Assembly (NCBI GenBank): GCA_963841435.1
Contig: CAWJCS010000005.1
Location: forward strand, 576,001-640,000
Origin: an uncultured delta proteobacterium
GTDB taxonomy: Bacteria; Myxococcota_A; Polyangia; Polyangiales; Polyangiaceae
DNA: 64,000 bases
Reading direction: 5' to 3'
Position 1 is the stretch's first letter; the number at the start of each line of letters is the position of its first letter. Below are positions 41,778 to 50,409 of the stretch, piece after piece. A program made the translations under genes and the position numbers. The notes beneath the pieces are model-generated. The model ran no database searches and was not told the origin of the DNA. It saw only the letters and a program-made list of their open reading frames with translations.

Positions 41778-42523
41778 GGCTCTTGCGCGGCGTGTGGCTC
41801 GGCCGGCAGCCGTACGCCCCGCTGCAAGCCTTGCAAGAGCGGCTGCTCCGAGCGCGTCAAGAGGGCCGCATCGGGGACACGTTGCTCCTTTTGGAGCACG
41901 AGCCCGTCGTGACGCTCGGGCGCGGCGCCAAGGCCGAGCACGTGCTCGCGACGGCCGCAGTGCTCGAGGAACGCGGCGTGGCGCTCGTATCATCGAGTCG
42001 CGGCGGTGACGTCACGCTGCACCTGCCCGGACAGCTCATCGGCTATCCGATCGTCAACCTTTCCCCCGATCGGCGCGACGTGCGGCGCTGGGTGCGCCTG
42101 CTCACCGAAACGATGCGACGCGTCGCCGAGGAGCTCGGGGTCGCCTCGGGACGCCACGAAGAGCACGTGGGGCTGTGGGCCGACGCCGCGACACCTGGCA
42201 CGTTCACGAGCGCCGAGGCGGCCCAAAGGCTCGTGAAGATCGGCGCCATCGGCGTGCGCATCTCGCGCTGGGTCACGATGCACGGCTTCGCCCTGAACCT
42301 CGCGCCCGAGCTCGACCTCTACGAGCTCATCGTGCCTTGCGGCATCCGCGAGCACGGTGTCGGCTCGATCGCATCGCTCGGGGGGCGCGCGGTCTCGGTC
42401 GAGCAGGCCGCCGAGCGCGCCCTCGCCGTCTTCGCCGAGCTCACGAAAAGCCAGCCGGCCTTTCTCGAGCGCGCAGCGAGAGGAGCGCTCGAGCCGAGCG
42501 AGGCCGCGGGATTCACCGCCTGA
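41774..42523 (+). CDS. lipB: Lipoyl(octanoyl) transferase
   Basis: LEHEPVVTLG, RGGDVTLHLPGQLIGYP, KIGAIG, HGFALN, IVPCG. Confidence 0.93.
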   Translation: MRLLRGVWLGRQPYAPLQALQERLLRARQEGRIGDTLLLLEHEPVVTLGRGAKAEHVLATAAVLEERGVALVSSSRGGDVTLHLPGQLIGYPIVNLSPDRRDVRRWVRLLTETMRRVAEELGVASGRHEEHVGLWADAATPGTFTSAEAAQRLVKIGAIGVRISRWVTMHGFALNLAPELDLYELIVPCGIREHGVGSIASLGGRAVSVEQAAERALAVFAELTKSQPAFLERAARGALEPSEAAGFTA

Positions 42524-42533
42524 AAGGGCCCAC

Positions 42534-43412
42534 TCAGTTACCGGTCGCCCCGGCCTCGCCCGCCTGGCCGCCCTGCGGCGAGCCCCCGTTCGATTCGCCG
42601 CCCTGGCCGCCCTCACCGGCCGCGCCGCCCTCGCCCGTGTCGGGGCAGCGCCCCGAGGGCTCCTTGCCCCAGGCGAGCGCGCCGTCGATGTAGACGGTGA
42701 TGTGGTCGTTGGGGGCGGGTGGATTGCTCGTGAGCGTCGGCGCGAACGAGTAGTCGTTCGACTGATCGAAGCGCGCGCCGTTTCGGCCCTGGATGCGAAA
42801 CTGTACCTCGGTCGGGTTGAGATCCGTGTCGTTGTGCGGGGGGACTTCGTTGCCGGAAAACGTGATGAAGAGGTGGCTGAGCTCACCGTCGTCGACGTAC
42901 GTCGCGTGCTCGCCCGAGACCTGCGGCCCGCGGTAGTCGGTCACAGGGCTGTCGAACTCGGGCTCCGCCGTCATCCAGTAGCGGACGGTGACGTGCGCGA
43001 GGTCCAGCGGCTGGTCCGACTTGTTCTCGAAGTAGAGGTGCATGAACAGCTGGTCCGACATCGCGCTCGCGTTGCCGACGATGTAACGGAGCACGACGCC
43101 CGCGTCGTCGATCGCCCCCGAGCCGCAGGCGGGGAGCCCCCCCGAACCACCGGCACCCGACGTGCCGCCCGTGCCGGCGCCGGAGCCGCCGCTGCCGCCC
43201 GTGGCGGCGCTACCGCCGACCCCGGAGCTTCCGCCCTTGCCCGTCGACGTGCCACCCGAGCCCAGCGTGCCGCCGACGCCGGTGCCCGCGGAGCCGCCGC
43301 GTCCCGCGCTCGGCACGGCGCTTCCGACGAGCGGCGAGTCTTCCGCCTTGGCGCAAGACCAGACCAGCAATGCCAAAGATCCCCCGATCGAACACTTAGA
43401 AGCCAAGCTCAT
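42534..43412 (-). CDS. Lipoprotein with Gly-rich linker and CBM3-like cellulose-binding domain
   Basis: Hydrophobic N-terminus ending VWSC; LDLAHVTVRYWMT, FDQSNDYSF, ITVYIDGALAWGKEP. Confidence 0.8.
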   Translation of the reverse strand: MSLASKCSIGGSLALLVWSCAKAEDSPLVGSAVPSAGRGGSAGTGVGGTLGSGGTSTGKGGSSGVGGSAATGGSGGSGAGTGGTSGAGGSGGLPACGSGAIDDAGVVLRYIVGNASAMSDQLFMHLYFENKSDQPLDLAHVTVRYWMTAEPEFDSPVTDYRGPQVSGEHATYVDDGELSHLFITFSGNEVPPHNDTDLNPTEVQFRIQGRNGARFDQSNDYSFAPTLTSNPPAPNDHITVYIDGALAWGKEPSGRCPDTGEGGAAGEGGQGGESNGGSPQGGQAGEAGATGN

Positions 43413-43634
43413 GTTGGCTCGCCACTAGCATCGAGTTGGGCGATCGTGGAAGCACAGAACGCGGGCGGCGCACGCCGCAAAGACACCCGAAACATACCGG
43501 TGAGGCCGGCACCGGTTGGCTCCCTTGCGTGGCGAATCGCCGCTCGCTTCGAGACCTTGCCTTCCAAGAATGCCTACGTCAACGCTAGCACGGCGCCTGC
43601 GACGCTCCACACGTTCCGCTCCGGGCGGATCGAC

Positions 43635-43811
43635 TCAACGCCGACCTTTGAAGTCCATCATGCGCTGGACGGCGGCCTCGCTCTCCTCGCCGACGGCCGC
43701 CTCCTGCTCCGCGCGCTCCGCGCAGTCTTGACAGAGCTTCTTGGTGCGTCCGGAAACGCGAACGCTGACCAGCTCTTCGACCTCGTCACCACACGACTTG
43801 CAGACAGGCAT
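43635..43811 (-). CDS. 58-aa zinc-ribbon-like protein (CxxC-x19-CxxC)
   Basis: Hand-translated MPVCKSCGDEVEELVSVRVSGRTKKLCQDCAERAEQEAAVGEESEAAVQRMMDFKGRR; absent from the ORF track; starts 22 bp after the TPR gene stop. Confidence 0.75.
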   Translation of the reverse strand: MPVCKSCGDEVEELVSVRVSGRTKKLCQDCAERAEQEAAVGEESEAAVQRMMDFKGRR

Positions 43812-43833
43812 GGGGCACCTTGGAACGGGGACG

Positions 43834-44562
43834 CTACGACTGGGGGGGACGCTCCGAGCTCGCCAGGCGGCTGCGCACGACCTTCTGGTACATCTGGGCG
43901 CTCTTGTGGTCGGGATCCTGGGCTAAAACCGTGCCGAATTCGGCATCCGCCGCCTCGAGCTCCCCCGCCGAGAGCAGGGTCACCCCGAGCAGCACCCGCG
44001 CCTGGGCGTAGCCGGGATTGGAGGCACGCGCGAGCTCGAGCTGCTCGCGCGCGCGATCGGGCTGCCCCGTGTCGCGGTAGAGCACGGCGAGGCGCGTGCG
44101 CAGATCGGCAAACTGTGGACACAGCGCGACGGCGCGCTCGAGCTCTGTCACGGCCTCCGCCGCCATGCCTGCGTCTTGGTACGCCTGACTCAGCTCGGCG
44201 TGCATGTTCGCGATCTTGCCCTTCGCGAATGGATCACCCTTGCCGCCGGCGGCACCGCGACTGCGAATGCGCGCGTACACCTCGCGCGCGGAGTCGTACT
44301 TACCGAGGTCGTTGTAAGTGACCATCAGGTTGAGCTGCGCTTCGGTGTAGTTGGGATTGAGAGTCACCGCTCGCTCGAAGTGATCCTCCGCTTGAGTGAA
44401 GTCACCACGGCTGTGCGCCATCACGCCGAGCATGTCGAAGACGTCGGCGAAGCGATCGGTCTGAGCGACCACCTGCTTTAGCAGGTACTCGGCCTTGTCG
44501 TACTCGCGCTTCTGGTAGTGCTCACGCCCCAACAACAAGAGCTGCTTCAGGTGGTCATCCAT
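43834..44562 (-). CDS. Cytoplasmic TPR protein
   Basis: MDDHLKQLLLLGREHY; TPR motifs (LNPNYTEAQLNL, CPQFADLRTRLA, NPGYAQARVLLG). Confidence 0.85.
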   Translation of the reverse strand: MDDHLKQLLLLGREHYQKREYDKAEYLLKQVVAQTDRFADVFDMLGVMAHSRGDFTQAEDHFERAVTLNPNYTEAQLNLMVTYNDLGKYDSAREVYARIRSRGAAGGKGDPFAKGKIANMHAELSQAYQDAGMAAEAVTELERAVALCPQFADLRTRLAVLYRDTGQPDRAREQLELARASNPGYAQARVLLGVTLLSAGELEAADAEFGTVLAQDPDHKSAQMYQKVVRSRLASSERPPQS

Positions 44563-44726
44563 GCTCGCAGGGCTCTGCTTTCGGAACGCGCGGGGACGGA
44601 GTGCCACCCGGCGCGCACGGCCGATGATGGCGTTTCAGCGCGTGGTCCACAAGTCGGAAAATCACGACGCTTTGTGTGCCATGGCCGGGATCACGGGTTG
44701 CCATGCACGCCCACCACTGCTACCGG

Positions 44727-46661
44727 ATGGCCGCCGTGGCCTCGCGTCCTACCGACCCGAGCAGCCGCCACGTGGGTAAGATCGTCGATCCCCTGGTGCG
44801 CGAGGACGGTGAGCTCGAGCCGGAGCTGTCGCTCGAGGCACCGCCGCCAGCACCCACCGACGTGGCAGACGAACCCAGCGATTCCCCGGAGCCCGCAGAG
44901 GGACCCGTGCGCGGAGCAGCCCTCCGCGAGCGGCTCCTCGAGCGCGCAGCGACGGCGCGGGACGAGACGACCGGCGGCACCACCGGCGGGGCGCCCACCG
45001 AAGACGACCTCGACGCCATCGGCCGGCGCGCCTTCGACCCGACCGGCAACGAGGGCACGCCGCCGGTGCGCGCGCCGGGAGCACCGAACGGCGCGGGGCG
45101 CTCGTCGCTCTCGCCGACCATCGTCGCGCTGTTCGGCACCCTGATGGGGATGGCGGTGATCGCGTCGGTCACCGCCGTGGCGATGCACGTCGCGCCGCAT
45201 CGCGACGAAGCGGAGGTCGCGAGCACGCAACCGTCGGCGACGCCGCCACCCGTGATCGTGAAGACGGAGCGTTCGAAGCCGAAAAAGCGGGAACGGCATC
45301 GCCTCCCCGGTCCCTGGCGCGTGAGCGAGGGGGCGCACGATCCGGCGCTTCAGCTCGTCGAGGGCAAGATCGGCCGCGAAGCGTTCTTGACGGCCGTGCA
45401 GGAGGCTGGCGTGCCGGCCAAGGAAAGCTACCGCATCGTCACCGCCTTTCGTGGCATCCGCGACTTCGATCACTGCAAGCGATCGGATCGCTTCGTCGCA
45501 CTCTTGGATCGTCAGAGCCAACGGCTCAAGGCGTTCGAGTACATCGTGAGCGCGGAGGAAGTTTATCAAGCGCGCGAAGGCACCGACGGTCTCCTCGCGG
45601 CGGGCAAGCTCGATCTCAAAGTCGAGCGAGCGCCGGTCGCCGGGGCGTTCGTCTACGACGGCAAGAGCCTCGACGACTCTGCCGAGGAGGCGGGCTTCGA
45701 GCGAGGCCTCGGCCGCGTCGTGCTCGCCGCGCTCGACGGACATTCCGCGGCGGAGGAGCTCGAGCGCGGCGACGTGATTCGACTCATCGTGCAGGAAGTC
45801 ACGGTGCTCGGCGACTTCGCGCGTTACGCGGGCGTCGAAGCGCTCGAGCTCAAGCAAAAGGATCGCTCGCTGCGCGTCTACTACCTCGACGTGCCCGGTG
45901 AGCGCGGCTACTACGACGCCAAGGGGCGCTCGCCGCACGAAGGGGGCTGGCGCAAACCCATCCCGGGTGCTCCCATCACGTCGCGCTTCAACCTGAAGCG
46001 TCTTCATCCGATCTTGAAGAAGGTCATGCCGCACCTCGGCACCGATTTCGGCGCGCTCACGGGCACACCAGTCGGCGCCTCGGCGCCGGGCACGGTCATC
46101 TACGTCGGTAACGCAGGGCCGGCAGGCAACCTCGTGAAGATCGCGCACGCCGGCGGCGTCGAGACGGGCTACGCGCATCTTTCTCGGTTCGCCGACGGCC
46201 TCAAGGTCGGCGACAAGGTGCGACGCTTGCAAGTGATCGGTTACGTGGGGTCGACGGGGCGCTCCACGGGGCCGCACCTGCACTTCAGCGCGAGCAAGAA
46301 CAAGGAATTCTTCGACGCGGAGAAGCTCGACCTCGACGGCATGCGCACGCTGGGTGGCGCGCTGCGCGCGACGTTCGACGAGGTGATGGAGAAGTACAAC
46401 CCGCTGCTCGACGCGATCACGCTGCCCGACCCGTTGCCGGAAGAGGCGGCACCCGCGGCGGGCACCGCGGCGCCGAGCGGCGCGCCCGCCCCCGAGCCCG
46501 ACGAGGAGGCGGACGACGACGAAACCGCGGCGCCGCCTGCGCCACTCGCAGCGCCACCAGCAGCGAGCGCCCCGCGTCGCGCGGCCTCGAGCATCTACCT
46601 GACGGACAAGGAGCTGCTCGAGATGCAGCGCGCCACCGACGACGGCGAGAGCAGCCAGTAG
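44727..46661 (+). CDS. Membrane-anchored M23 metallopeptidase
   Basis: TM helix; ITSRF, HLGTDF, YAHLS, VGSTGRSTGPHLHF; start approximate. Confidence 0.88.
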   Translation: MAAVASRPTDPSSRHVGKIVDPLVREDGELEPELSLEAPPPAPTDVADEPSDSPEPAEGPVRGAALRERLLERAATARDETTGGTTGGAPTEDDLDAIGRRAFDPTGNEGTPPVRAPGAPNGAGRSSLSPTIVALFGTLMGMAVIASVTAVAMHVAPHRDEAEVASTQPSATPPPVIVKTERSKPKKRERHRLPGPWRVSEGAHDPALQLVEGKIGREAFLTAVQEAGVPAKESYRIVTAFRGIRDFDHCKRSDRFVALLDRQSQRLKAFEYIVSAEEVYQAREGTDGLLAAGKLDLKVERAPVAGAFVYDGKSLDDSAEEAGFERGLGRVVLAALDGHSAAEELERGDVIRLIVQEVTVLGDFARYAGVEALELKQKDRSLRVYYLDVPGERGYYDAKGRSPHEGGWRKPIPGAPITSRFNLKRLHPILKKVMPHLGTDFGALTGTPVGASAPGTVIYVGNAGPAGNLVKIAHAGGVETGYAHLSRFADGLKVGDKVRRLQVIGYVGSTGRSTGPHLHFSASKNKEFFDAEKLDLDGMRTLGGALRATFDEVMEKYNPLLDAITLPDPLPEEAAPAAGTAAPSGAPAPEPDEEADDDETAAPPAPLAAPPAASAPRRAASSIYLTDKELLEMQRATDDGESSQ

Positions 46662-48282
46662 CTTGCCGCAGCGAGCTCAGCGCGTCGAACGCGGGTGCGA
46701 GCGACTCATCGCGCTCGAACGTCGGCGCGGCCGCGCCCTGAGCCGACAGCACCACGACGAACACGCTGCCGCGCTCCGCGCCGGCCTCGACCCAGACGCG
46801 CCCCCCGTGCGCCTCGGCGATGTGCTTGACGAGCGCGAGCCCGATACCGCTGCCGCGCACCTGGCGCCCGTGCGTGACGCGCCCACGCACGAAGCGCTCG
46901 AAAATTCGCTTACGATCCTCGGCCGCGATGCCGGGGCCCTGGTCGGCCACGCGGATCTGGATCTCGCCGCGCCCATAGCGGACGGCGACCGCAATGCGGC
47001 GACCATCGGCCGCGTACTTGAGGGCGTTGTCGACGAGGTTGATGACGGCAATCTCGATGGCACGCTCGTCGCGGCGGATCGACGGCAGCCCTGGCTGCAC
47101 GTCGAGCTCGATCTCGACGCCCTCCCGCTCGGAGCGCAGGCGACAAGCGTCCACCGCGCGCGCCACCACCTCGCCGATCGGCCCGTGCGTGAAGTCGTAG
47201 GCCTGCCGCCCCCGCTCCACCTTGGCGAAGTCGAGCACGTTCTCGATCAGCGCGGCCAGGCGCTCGCTCTCGCCCACGATGATCTGCAAGTACTGCCGGC
47301 GCTTCTCGTCGCTGTCGACGCGCCCGCTCTGCAAGAGCTCACTGAACATGCGCACGAGCGAAAGCGGCGTCTTGAGCTCGTGCGAAACGTTGGCGACGAA
47401 GTCGCTCTTCAGGTTCGAGAGCTTGCGCTCGCGAGCCGCCGCCACGACGACGACGATGAGACCCAGAATCACGACGAGGCTCGAGAGACCCACGAGCACC
47501 ATTTCGAGCACGCGCCGGCGCTGCACCGCTGCGGCGAGCTCCTCCCCGGACGCCATCGTCACGTTGACGGTCCACTTGTAGAGCGTGGTCTCGAACTGGC
47601 GCCCCAGCGTCATGCCCGTGCGGGCGAGCGGAGGGCCGAACACGATGCGCCCGTCGGCATCGACCACGTTGACGCGGCTCTGCTGTGCGTCGGCGTAGAG
47701 CGTGGGAAAAAGCGCGTGCACGATGCGCGGCACGTCGTGCCACACGACCACCAGGTAGCGGCGGCCTTCGTTTTCGCGTTGCCAGTGGCTGCACAAGTAG
47801 GATTGGCCGCGGCGCACGGCGTGCAGGTGACGTAGCTGATCGTACGGCGGCGCGTCGATCTTCATCTCCGCGAGCAGCGCGCCCACGAGCAGGCGCCGGA
47901 AACGCTCCTCCTCGGGCCCCGGTGCGCGGGACGCGACGGCGACAACGTCGCGCCGCGGCGCCGTCAGATCGATCAGGAAGACGGCTCGCACCGTCGGCGT
48001 CTGCAAGACGGCGTTCTCGAGCCAGCGCGAGCCGAACTGCTCGCGTTCGGTCACGTCGATGCTCGAGCGCACCGCGTTGTCTTGCTCGATGATGTTCTTG
48101 TCCAGACGATCGGCCTTTTCGTTCGCGAGCAAGAGCGTCGCCTCGACCACGGATTGTTCGCGCAGCTTCTCGAGCTGGAAGCTCGAGCGGAACATGACGC
48201 CGGCGAGCACGAGTACCGCGACCACGATCGTGGGCAGCAGCAAGAAGGTGAGCAGCCGTTCGCGTCGCGTCGGGTCGGCCAT
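46417..48282 (-). CDS. Membrane sensor histidine kinase; C-terminus probably over-extended
   Basis: Two TMs, FVANVSHELKTP, NLVDNALKY, GSGIGLALVKH. The ORF overlaps the convergent M23 gene by 245 bp, so the true stop is probably near 46670-46710. Confidence 0.85.
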   Translation of the reverse strand: MADPTRRERLLTFLLLPTIVVAVLVLAGVMFRSSFQLEKLREQSVVEATLLLANEKADRLDKNIIEQDNAVRSSIDVTEREQFGSRWLENAVLQTPTVRAVFLIDLTAPRRDVVAVASRAPGPEEERFRRLLVGALLAEMKIDAPPYDQLRHLHAVRRGQSYLCSHWQRENEGRRYLVVVWHDVPRIVHALFPTLYADAQQSRVNVVDADGRIVFGPPLARTGMTLGRQFETTLYKWTVNVTMASGEELAAAVQRRRVLEMVLVGLSSLVVILGLIVVVVAAARERKLSNLKSDFVANVSHELKTPLSLVRMFSELLQSGRVDSDEKRRQYLQIIVGESERLAALIENVLDFAKVERGRQAYDFTHGPIGEVVARAVDACRLRSEREGVEIELDVQPGLPSIRRDERAIEIAVINLVDNALKYAADGRRIAVAVRYGRGEIQIRVADQGPGIAAEDRKRIFERFVRGRVTHGRQVRGSGIGLALVKHIAEAHGGRVWVEAGAERGSVFVVVLSAQGAAAPTFERDESLAPAFDALSSLRQATGCSRRRRWRAASRAAPCPSGRCSRPRDAGRSLLVALRVAQAAPRFRRRPPPRRARGRARRSAPRCPPRVPPLPATGRAA

Positions 48283-48285
48283 GGG

Positions 48286-50303
48286 CTACTGCCCGAGCAC
48301 GACTTCCGGATCGAGCACCACGGGTCGCTGCGCGACGAACTCGGCGAACTGCTCGCACACGTACTCCAGGGCGCTCGCCTCGCCCTCGTGGAAGGGCGTG
48401 CCGCCCTGCGGATTCGCGAGCTCGATGAGGCCGAGGTCGCGGCCGCCCTGCCGCGCCGCGCCGCACAGGACCGCCCGCGGCTCGATGCCGATCCGCTCGA
48501 ACGCGTCGGAACGAACCGGCGCGGCGCCGTTCGATGCCAAGCTGCGATGGCGCATGATCTCGCGGATGCGCGGATCGCTATCGGGCGTGCGGTGGAGCAG
48601 CGCGTCGCGTCCCCGCGGGCCCTTGGCACGTATCACGACGAACTCGTGCCGCGCGAGGTCGAAAGCGTGGATGACCGTGCCTTCGCAGGGGATGAGCTCG
48701 GCGAGCACGCGCACGACGTAGTCGGCGCCGGACACGAGGTCGACCATGAAGGAGAGCTCGTGCATGCGCTCGAAAAGGTCGCCGATGAGATCCTCGGACG
48801 GGGCGCGGCGCCGCGCGATGCCGGGGTCCGAACGGCGCGTCGGCGGGTCCGAACGGCGCGTCGGCGGGTCCGAGCGCCGTGCCGGCGGATCGGAACGCTG
48901 GGCGGGGCGCTCCGACGGCCCCGTGGGCGGCGCATCCGCCTCCCGTCCGTCCGCCGGAGGCGCGGCCGGGGGCATGGCGCCCGCCACGCGTGCCGCCTCG
49001 GCCATCTCCGTCGCGGGCAGCGTTGGGGCGAAGCGCGCCGACACGGCGCCGGCGTCGCGCTGGCCCTCGGCTTCGAGGAGTGCCGTCATGGTCGAGTCGG
49101 GCGGCGCCTCGCCGATGGCCACGTGAGGCGCAGATGCCGGCATCGGCTCGCCGAACTCCACGTGCGGCGAGACGACGGCGGCCCGCCGAGCTCCACGTGC
49201 GGCGATGACGACGGCGGCCCGCCGAGCTCCACGTGCGGCGATGACGACGGCGGCGGCTCATCCTGGTCCGCCACGACGACCAGCGTGGGCGCGACGCTCG
49301 GAGGCTGGGGCGCGGCAGGGCCGCCCGGCGGCGGGCTCGTCGAAGGCGCCGGCACGGGGGCCTTGGACACGCTCGGCGACGAAGATGCCGCAGGGCTCGG
49401 CGGAACGCTCTTTCCGACGGAGACCACCGGGATGGGCTTGACCGATCCGGGGCGCATCGGCGCGACACTCGGTGACGCCTGAGTGGCGGGGGCAACCGAC
49501 GAGAGCGCTGCGGGCTCGCGCCGTGGCTCTGCCGCCGAGGGCCCGCTCGGTCCCGCGCTCGGTGCGTGAGCGGGCGGCGGCGACGACGCAAGCGGCATCC
49601 AGCTCGGGGCCCGACTCGACGACAGCGGCGACGGCCGCGGCGCCTCCGACGGCGAAGCGAACCCGGGAAACGCGAGAGCTGGCTCGCCGCGCCATTCCTT
49701 CCACATCAGCGTGGCGAGCGGCGGCCGCACGGGGCGCTTGATGAACATGTGATCGAAAACCGCAATCTGCACGTACCGCTTCGCTTCGGTCGGCATCGCC
49801 GCCTTCGCGTCTGCCAGCCGAGCGAAAAGCAGCTCCTCGACCTCTTCTTTCGTGGCACCCGGCTTCACCGCGAGCGCAAGCTCGCGATAGGCGATGGGAT
49901 CGCCCTCGGGTCGCTCGTCTCGGTGCCGGATCACCTGCGCATCGAGGGGCCGGGGGGCGTTGCTCGTCGCCTTCGGCGGCGCGCTCGACGCGGCCGCTTT
50001 TCTGGGCTCGGCGGGCAGCGCGACCTCGACGGGCGGCGGGCGCGTCGAGAGCATCACCTGCGACCCTTCGGTGAGCGGCATGTCGGGTGGCGCTTCAGTC
50101 ACCACGTAACGAACGTGCAGGGTCGGATCGACGGCGCGATAGCCGTGATCGAGCAGCTCGATGGTGAGCTTCGGCAACGCCCCGGAGTCTCCCCGGAGCC
50201 GCCGCGCCTCCTGGAGCGCGGACTGCCAGCGCCTGGCTTCTATGCAATAGCGCTCCGAGGCGGCTTCTTCGCCAGCGCGGGAGACCTCAACGAGCCAGTG
50301 CAT
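48286..50303 (-). CDS. Pro-rich multidomain protein with C-terminal GAF-like domain; frameshift at 49170
   Basis: ORFs 49086-50411 and 48286-49161 join if the T missing from one copy of a 36-bp repeat is restored; C-terminus has LGLIELAN..FHEGEASALEYVCEQ. Confidence 0.75.
48824..48897. repeat. 21-bp coding tandem repeat (RRSDPPT, ~3.5 copies)
   Basis: gggtccgaacggcgcgtcggc units. Confidence 0.8.
49156..49253. repeat. 36-bp coding tandem repeat (PPSSSPHVELGG, ~2.7 copies)
   Basis: ctccacgtgcggcgatgacgacggcggcccgccgag; the first copy lacks the T. Confidence 0.85.
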
Positions 50304-50409
50304 CGTAGATTTTTCCCCCACCGAGCGCGGGGCACGCAAGTAGAGCGCCTCTCCACCCCCGGGGCAAGCTGCTGCCGGCTTCGCCATGATAAACGGGGAT
50401 GGCCCCGGC

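Noticed and set aside
46417-46661. Genuine 245-bp convergent overlap between the kinase and the M23 gene
   Set aside because: The overlapping kinase tail has shadow-like composition; a lost stop is more likely.
49156-49253. 36-bp repeats as a CRISPR array
   Set aside because: Head-to-tail with no spacers, and in frame within a coding linker.
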